A stretch of 8,663 nucleotides of DNA from the NCBI GenBank assembly GCA_965644295.1, contig CBFFRP010000621.1, forward strand, positions 1 through 8,663, read 5' to 3'. Position 1 is the stretch's first letter. Every line of letters starts with the position of its first letter. The notes under the pieces were generated by a model that worked only from the letters and a program-made list of their open reading frames with translations, was not told the DNA's origin and searched no databases. This DNA is from Paraphysomonas bandaiensis. Its lineage: Eukaryota > Protista > Chrysophyceae. This document shows, piece by piece, positions 1 to 8,628 of the stretch. Both the position numbers and the translations under genes were made by a program.

Positions 1-3000
1 TGCTACCACGAGAACCATAACCACTTACAATTGTCAAACGGCCACCACTCTGGGAAGATGAAGTACCAGCAGACAATGCCAACTCACCACCAGAACCACT
101 GTTGCCAGATCCTACTGTCACATACACTGAACCACCACGACCACTTGAACCAGATCCACTGCCAATGTACAACGAACCACTGTTGCCTCGACTAGAAGTA
201 CCAGTACTCAACACCAATTGACCACTCACACCAGATGATCCAGCATTAGCAGTCAGCAAAGACAACGCTCCACTGGATCGCTCTGAACTGAAACCAGTAA
301 CTATTGCCAAACGACCACCACTCTGGGAAGATGAAGTACCAGCAGATAATGCCAACTCACCACCTGATCCACTGTTGCCAGATCCTACTGTCACATACAC
401 TGAACCACCACGACCACTTGCACCAGATCCACTGCCAATGTACAACGAACCACTGTTGCCTCGACTAGAAGTACCAGTACTCAACACCAATTGACCACTC
501 ACACCAGATGATCCTGCATTAGCAGTCAACAAAGACAATGCTCCACTACTGCCACGAGAACCATAACCACTTACAATTGTCAAACGACCACCACTCTGGG
601 AAGATGAAGTACCAGCAGATAATGCCAACTCACCACCTGATCCACTGTTGCCAGATCCTACTGTCACATACACTGAACCACCACGACCACTTGATGCAGA
701 TCCACTACCAATATACAACGAACCACTGTTGCCTCGACTAGAAGTACCAGTACTCAACACCAATTGACCACTCACACCAGATGATCCAGCATTAGCAGTC
801 AACAAAGACAATGCTCCACTACTTCCCACAGCTCCAGAACCAGTAACTATTGTCAAACGACCACCACTCTCCGATGATGACTCGCCAGCTGACAACATCA
901 ACTCACCACCAGAACCACTGTTGCCGGATCCTACTGTCACATACACTGAACCACCACGACCACTTGATGCAGATCCACTGCCAATGTACAATGAACCACT
1001 GTTGCCTCGACTAGAAGTACCAGTACTCAACACCAATTGACCACTCACACCAGATGATCCAGCATTAGCAGTCAACAAAGACAATGATCCACTGGATCGC
1101 TCCGAACTATAACCAGTGACAATTGTCAAACGACCACCACTCTCCGATGATGACTCGCCAGCAGACAACATCAACTCACCACCTGATCCACTGTTGCCTG
1201 ATCCTACTGTCACATACACTGAACCACCACGACCACTTGCACCAGATCCACTGCCAATGTACAATGAACCACTGTTGCCTCGACTAGAAGTACCAGTACT
1301 CAACACCAATTGACCACTCACACCAGATGATCCAGCATTAGCAGTCAACAAAGACAGCGCTCCACTACTACCCACAGATCCAGAACCAGTTACAATTGTC
1401 AAGCGACCACCACTCTCCGATGATGACTCGCCAGCTGACAACATCAACTCACCACCTGATCCACTGTCACCTGATCCTACTGTCACATACACTGAACCAC
1501 CACGACCACTTGATGCAGATCCACTGCCAATGTACAACGAACCACTGTTGCCCTTACTAGAAGTACCAGTACTCAACACCAATTGACCACTCACACCAGA
1601 TGATCCAGCATTAGCAGTCAACAAAGACAATGCTCCACTACTACCCACAGATCCAGAACCAGTTACAATTGTCAAACGACCACCACTCTCCGATGATGTC
1701 TCGCCAGCTGACAACATCAACTCACCACCTGATCCACTGTTGCCGGATCCTACTGTCACATACACTGAACCACCACGACCACTTGCACCAGATCCACTAC
1801 CAATGTACAACGAACCACTGTTGCCTCTACTAGAAGTACCAGTACTCAACACCAATTGACCACTCACACCAGATAATCCAGCATTAGCAGTCAACAAGGA
1901 CAATGCTCCACTACTTCCCTCAGACCCAGAACCAGTAACAATTGTCAAACGACCGCCACTCTCCGATGATGACTCGCCAGCTGACAACATCAACTCACCA
2001 CCTGATCCACTGTTGCCAGATCCTACTGTCACATACACTGAACCACCACGACCACTTGATGCAGATCCACTACCAATGTACAACGAACCACTGTTGCCTC
2101 GACTAGAAGTACCAGTACTCAACACCAATTGACCACTCACACCAGATGATCCAGCATTAGCAGTCAACAAAGACAATGCTCCACTGCTACCACGAGAACC
2201 ATATCCACTTACAACTGTCAAACGACCACCACTCTCCGAGGATGACTCGCCAGCTGACAACATCAACTCACCACCTGATCCACTGTCACCTGATCCTACT
2301 GTCACATACACTGAACCACCACGACCACTTGCACCAGATCCACTGCCAATGTACAACGAACCACTGTTGCCCTTACTAGAAGTACCAGTACTCAACACCA
2401 ATTGACCACTCACACCAGATGATCCAGCATTAGCAGTCAACAAGGACAATGATCCACTGGATCGCTCTGAACTGAAACCAGTTACAATTGTCAAACGACC
2501 ACCACTCTGGGAAGATGAAGTACCTGCAGATAATGCCAACTCACCACCTGATCCACTGTTGCCAGATCCTACTGTCACATACACTGAACCACCACGACCA
2601 CTTGCACCAGATCCACTACCAATGTACAACGAACCACTGTTGCCTCGACTAGAAGTTCCAGTACTCAACACCAATTGACCACTCACACCAGATGATCCAG
2701 CATTAGCAGTCAACAAAGACAATGCTCCACTGCTGCCACGAGAACCATAACCAGAAACAATTGTCAAACGACCACCACTCTGGGAAGATGAAGTACCAGC
2801 AGATAATGCCAACTCACCACCTGATCCACTGTTGCCAGATCCTACTGTCACATACACTGAACCACCACGACCACTTGATGCAGATCCACTACCAATATAC
2901 AACGAACCACTGTTGCCTCGACTAGAAGTACCAGTACTCAACACCAATTGACCACTCACACCAGATGATCCTGCATTAGCAGTCAACAAAGACAATGCTC

Positions 3001-6000
3001 CACTACTTCCCACAGCTCCAGAACCAGTAACTATTGTCAAACGACCACCACTCTCCGATGATGACTCGCCAGCTGACAACATCAACTCACCACCTGATCC
3101 ACTGTTGCCGGATCCTACTGTCACATACACTGAACCACCACGACCACTTGATGCAGATCCACTACCAATATACAACGAACCACTGTTGCCCTTACTAGCA
3201 GTTCCAGTACTCAACACCAATTGACCACTCACACCTGATGATCCAGCATTAGCAGTCAACAAAGACAATGCTCCACTAGATCGCTCTGAACTGAAACCAG
3301 TAACTATTGTCAAACGACCACCACTCTCCGATGATGACTCGCCAGCTGACAACATCAACTCTCCACCTGATCCACTGTTGCCAGATCCTACTGTCACATA
3401 CACTGAACCACCACGACCACTTGATGCAGATCCACTGCCAATGTACAACGAACCACTGTTGCCTCGACTAGAAGTTCCAGTACTCAACACCAATTGACCA
3501 CTCACACCAGATGATCCAGCATTAGCAGTCAACAAAGACAATGCTCCACTGCTGCCACGAGAACCATAACCAGAAACAATTGTCAAACGACCACCACTCT
3601 GGGAAGATGAAGTACCAGCAGATAATGCCAACTCACCACCTGATCCACTGTTGCCAGATCCTACTGTCACATACACTGACCCACCACGACCACTTGATGC
3701 AGATCCACTACCAATATACAACGAACCACTGTTGCCTCGACTAGAAGTACCGGTACTCAACACCAATTGACCACTCACACCAGATGATCCAGCATTAGCA
3801 GTCAACAAAGACAACGCTCCACTACTTCCCACAGACCCAGAACCAGTTACTATTGTCAAACGACCACCACTCTCCGATGATGACTCGCCAGCTGACAACA
3901 TCAACTCACCACCTGATCCACTGTTGCCAGATCCTACTGTCACATACACTGAACCACCACGACCACTTGCACCAGATCCACTGCCAATGTACAACGAACC
4001 ACTGTTGCCCTTACTAGAAGTACCAGTACTCAACACCAATTGACCACTCACACCAGATGATCCAGCATTGGCAGTCAACAAGGACAATGCTCCACTGGAT
4101 CGCTCTGAACTGTAACCAGTTACAATTGTCAAACGACCACCACTCTCCGATGATGACTCGCCAGCTGACAACATCAACTCACCACCTGATCCACTGTTGC
4201 CAGATCCTACTGTCACATACACTGAACCACCACGACCACTTGCACCAGATCCACTACCAATGTACAACGAACCACTGTTGCCTCTACTAGAAGTACCAGT
4301 ACTCAACACCAATTGACCACTCACACCAGATGATCCAGCATTGGCAGTCAACAAGGACAATGCTCCACTGGATCGCTCTGAACTGTAACCAGTTACAATT
4401 GTCAAACGACCACCACTCTCCGAGGATGACTCGCCAGCTGACAACATCAACTCACCACCTGATCCACTGTTGCCGGATCCTACTGTCACATACACTGAAC
4501 CACCACGACCACTTGCACCAGATCCACTACCAATGTACAACGAACCACTGTTGCCTCGACTAGAAGTACCAGTACTCAACACCAATTGACCACTCACACC
4601 AGATGATCCAGCATTAGCAGTCAACAAGGACAATGCTCCACTACTTCCCACAGATCCAGAACCAGTAACAATTGTCAAACGACCACCACTCTCCGATGAT
4701 GACTCGCCAGCTGACAACATCAACTCACCACCTGATCCACTGTTGCCAGATCCTACTGTCACATACACTGAACCACCACGTCCACTTGCACCAGATCCAC
4801 TGCCAATGTACAACGAACCACTGTTGCCTCGACTAGAAGTACCAGTACTCAACACCAATTGACCACTCACACCAGATGATCCAGCATTAGCAGTAAACAG
4901 GGACAACGATCCACTGCTGCCACGTGTTCCTGAACCAGTTACAATTGTCAAACGACCACCACTCTCCGATGATGTCTCGCCAGCTGACAACATCAACTCT
5001 CCACCTGATCCACTGTTGCCTGATCCTACTGTCACATACACTGAACCACCACGACCACTTGCACCAGATCCACTGCCAATGTACAACGAACCACTGTTGC
5101 CCTTACTAGAAGTACCAGTACTCAACACCAATTGACCACTCACACCAGATGATCCCGCATTAGCAGTCAACAAGGACAATGCTCCACTGGATCGCTCTGA
5201 ACTATAACCAGTTACAATTGTCAAACGACCACCACTCTCCGATGATGACTCGCCAGCTGACAACATCAACTCACCACCTGATCCACTGTTGCCAGATCCT
5301 ACTGTCACATACACTGAACCACCACGGCCACTTGCACCAGATCCACTGCCAATGTACAATGAACCACTGTTGCCTCGACTAGAAGTACCAGTACTCAACA
5401 CCAATTGACCACTCACACCAGATGATCCAGCATTAGCAGTCAACAAGGACAATGCTCCACTGGATCGCTCTGAACTGAAACCAGTTACAATTGTCAAACG
5501 ACCACCACTCTCCGAGGATGACTCGCCAGCTGACAACATCAACTCACCACCTGATCCACTGTTGCCAGATCCTACTGTCACATACACTGAACCACCACGA
5601 CCACTTGCACCAGATCCACTGCCAATGTACAACGAACCACTGTTGCCTCGACTAGAAGTACCAGTACTCAACACCAATTGACCACTCACACCAGATGATC
5701 CCGCATTAGCAGTCAACAAGGACAATGCTCCACTGGATCGCTCTGAACTATAACCAGTTACAATTGTCAAACGACCACCACTCTCCGAGGATGACTCGCC
5801 AGCTGACAACATCAACTCACCACCTGATCCACTGTTGCCAGATCCTACTGTCACATACACTGAACCACCACGACCACTTGCACCAGATCCACTGCCAATG
5901 TACAACGAACCACTGTTGCCCTTACTAGAAGTACCAGTACTCAACACCAATTGACCACTCACACCAGATGATCCAGCATTAGCAGTCAACAAAGACAATG

Positions 6001-8628
6001 CTCCACTACTACCCACAGATCCAGAACCAGTAACTATTGTCAAACGACCACCACTCTCCGATGATGACTCGCCAGCTGACAACATCAACTCACCACCTGA
6101 TCCACTGTTGCCAGATCCTACTGTCACATACACTGAACCACCACGACCACTTGCACCAGATCCACTGCCAATGTACAACGAACCACTGTTGCCTCGACTA
6201 GAAGTACCAGTACTCAACACCAATTGACCACTCACACCAGATGATCCAGCATTAGCAGTCAACAAGGACAATGCTCCACTGGATCGCTCTGAACTATAAC
6301 CAGTAACAATTGTCAAACGACCACCACTCTCCGAGGATGACTCGCCAGCTGACAACATCAACTCACCACCTGATCCACTGTTGCCAGATCCTACTGTCAC
6401 ATACACTGAACCACCACGACCACTTGATGCAGATCCACTGCCAATGTACAACGAACCACTGTTGCCTCGACTAGAAGTACCAGTACTCAACACCAATTGA
6501 CCACTCACACCAGATGATCCAGCATTAGCAGTCAACAAGGACAATGCTCCACTGGATCGCTCTGAACTATAACCAGTAACAATTGTCAAACGACCACCAC
6601 TCTCCGAGGATGACTCGCCAGCTGACAACATCAACTCACCACCTGATCCACTGTTGCCAGATCCTACTGTCACATACACTGAACCACCACGACCACTGGA
6701 TGCAGATCCACTGCCAATGTACAACGAACCACTGTTGCCTCGACTAGAAGTACCAGTACTCAACACCAATTGACCACTCACACCAGATGATCCAGCATTA
6801 GCAGTCAACAAAGACAATGCTCCACTGGATCGCTCTGAACTGTAACCAGTTACAATTGTCAAACGACCACCACTCTCCGATGATGACTCGCCAGCTGACA
6901 ACATCAACTCACCACCTGATCCACTGTTGCCTGATCCTACTGTCACATACACTGAACCACCACGGCCACTTGCACCAGATCCACTGCCAATGTACAACGA
7001 ACCACTGTTACCCTTACTAGAAGTACCAGTACTCAACACCAATTGACCACTCACACCAGATGATCCCGCATTAGCAGTCAACAGGGACAATGCTCCACTG
7101 CTGCCACGTGTTCCTGAACCAGTTACAATTGTCAAACGACCACCACTCTCCGATGATGTCTCGCCAGCTGACAACATCAACTCACCACCTGATCCACTGT
7201 TGCCAGATCCTACTGTCACATACACTGAACCACCACGACCACTTGCACCAGATCCACTGCCAATGTACAACGAACCACTGTTGCCTCGACTAGAAGTACC
7301 AGTACTCAACACCAATTGACCACTCACACCAGATGATCCAGCATTAGCAGTCAACAAGGACAATGCTCCACTGGATCGCTCTGAACTATAACCAGTTACA
7401 ATTGTCAAACGACCACCACTCTCCGAGGATGACTCGCCAGCTGACAACATCAACTCACCACCTGATCCACTGTTGCCGGATCCCACTGTCACATACACTG
7501 AACCACCACGACCACTTGCACCAGATCCACTGCCAATATACAACGAACCACTGTTGCCTCGACTAGAAGTACCAGTACTCAACACCAATTGACCACTCAC
7601 ACCAGATGATCCCGCATTAGCAGTCAACAAGGACAATGCTCCACTGGATCGCTCTGAACTGAAACCAGTAACAATTGCCAAACGACCACCACTCTCCGAT
7701 GATGACTCGCCAGCTGACAACATCAACTCACCACCTGATCCACTGTTGCCAGATCCTACTGTCACATACACTGAACCACCACGACCACTTGCACCAGATC
7801 CACTGCCAATGTACAATGAACCACTGTTGCCTCGACTAGAAGTACCAGTACTCAACACCAATTGACCACTCACACCAGATGATCCAGCATTGGCAGTCAA
7901 CAAGGACAATGCTCCACTGGATCGCTCTGAACTATAACCAGTGACAATTGTCAAACGACCACCACTCTCCGATGATGACTCGCCAGCTGACAACATCAAC
8001 TCACCACCTGATCCACTGTTGCCAGATCCTACTGTCACATACACTGAACCACCACGTCCACTTGCACCAGATCCACTGCCAATGTACAACGAACCACTGT
8101 TGCCTCGACTAGAAGTACCAGTACTCATCACCAATTGACCACTCACACCTGATGATCCTGCATTAGCAGTAAACAGGGACAACGATCCACTGCTGCCACG
8201 TGTTCCAGAACCAGTTACAATTGTCAAACGACCACCACTCTCCGATGATGACTCGCCAGCTGACAACATCAACTCACCACCTGATCCACTGTTGCCAGAT
8301 CCTACTGTCACATACACTGAACCACCACGACCACTTGCACCAGATCCACTGCCAATGTACAACGAACCACTGTTGCCTCGACTAGAAGTACCAGTACTCA
8401 ACACCAATTGACCACTCACACCAGATGATCCCGCATTAGCAGTCAACAAGGACAATGCTCCACTGCTGCCACGCGTTCCTGAACCAGTAACAATTGTCAA
8501 ACGACCACCACTCTCCGATGATGACTCGCCAGCTGACAACATCAACTCACCACCTGATCCACTGTTGCCGGATCCTACTGTCACATACACTGAACCACCA
8601 CGGCCACTTGCACCAGATCCACTGCCAA
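1..8628. repeat. Coding tandem repeat array, 273-bp unit, about 31.6 copies; runs off the left edge of the window
   Basis: CAATTGACC starts at 215, 488, 761, 1034 ... 8132, 8405 (constant 273 spacing, 31 occurrences). Similarity to the consensus ends at 8628 (ACTGCCAA then CAGTAAC instead of TGTACAAC). Confidence 0.99.

Noticed and set aside
160-225. Recurring 6-bp palindromes in each unit (TGTACA, AGTACT, CAATTG) and strong C/A strand skew
   Set aside because: Explained by codon content (Leu-Tyr-Ile, Ser-Thr, Gln-Leu, and GGT/AGT-rich codons). No extended hairpin or regulatory context was seen.
1116-8138. Pro/Asp-rich + strand frame (MTIVKRPPLSDDDSPAD...), nearly open with one TGA per unit; possible TGA recoding or readthrough
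   Set aside because: This antisense frame shares wobble positions with the real frame, so apparent conservation is expected. Besides the TGA in every unit it has TAA stops in Tyr-allele units (for example 1110-1112), so TGA recoding would not open it.
538-8385. Fourteen 61-77-aa His/Cys/Gln-rich + strand ORFs (MLH...NHCCLD), superficially like a tandem array of metal-binding peptides or RiPP precursors
   Set aside because: They are antisense shadows of Gly/Ser/Val codons (GGT GGT reads as CAC CAC on the other strand). They are broken by TAA in many units, and changes that are silent in the minus frame are nonsynonymous here.
5-8482. Diversity-generating retroelement-type variable region
   Set aside because: Variation is not adenine-specific and consists of a few recurring alleles. 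No reverse transcriptase or template repeat is in the window.
8540-8542. First in-frame ATG on the minus strand as a start codon
   Set aside because: It is the internal Met of the ELMLSAG repeat, present in most units. The frame and repeat pattern continue upstream of it.
1-8628. CRISPR-like arrangement of constant repeats with short variable segments
   Set aside because: The constant part is about 240 bp and the variable part about 15-27 bp. Variable segments recur and are related to each other, they stay in frame as codons, and no cas genes or leader are present.
1-8628. Non-coding satellite DNA or pure assembly artefact
   Set aside because: A period divisible by 3, an open frame throughout, third-position-biased variation and unit-specific variants argue for a real coding repeat. 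The exact copy number still needs long-read confirmation.
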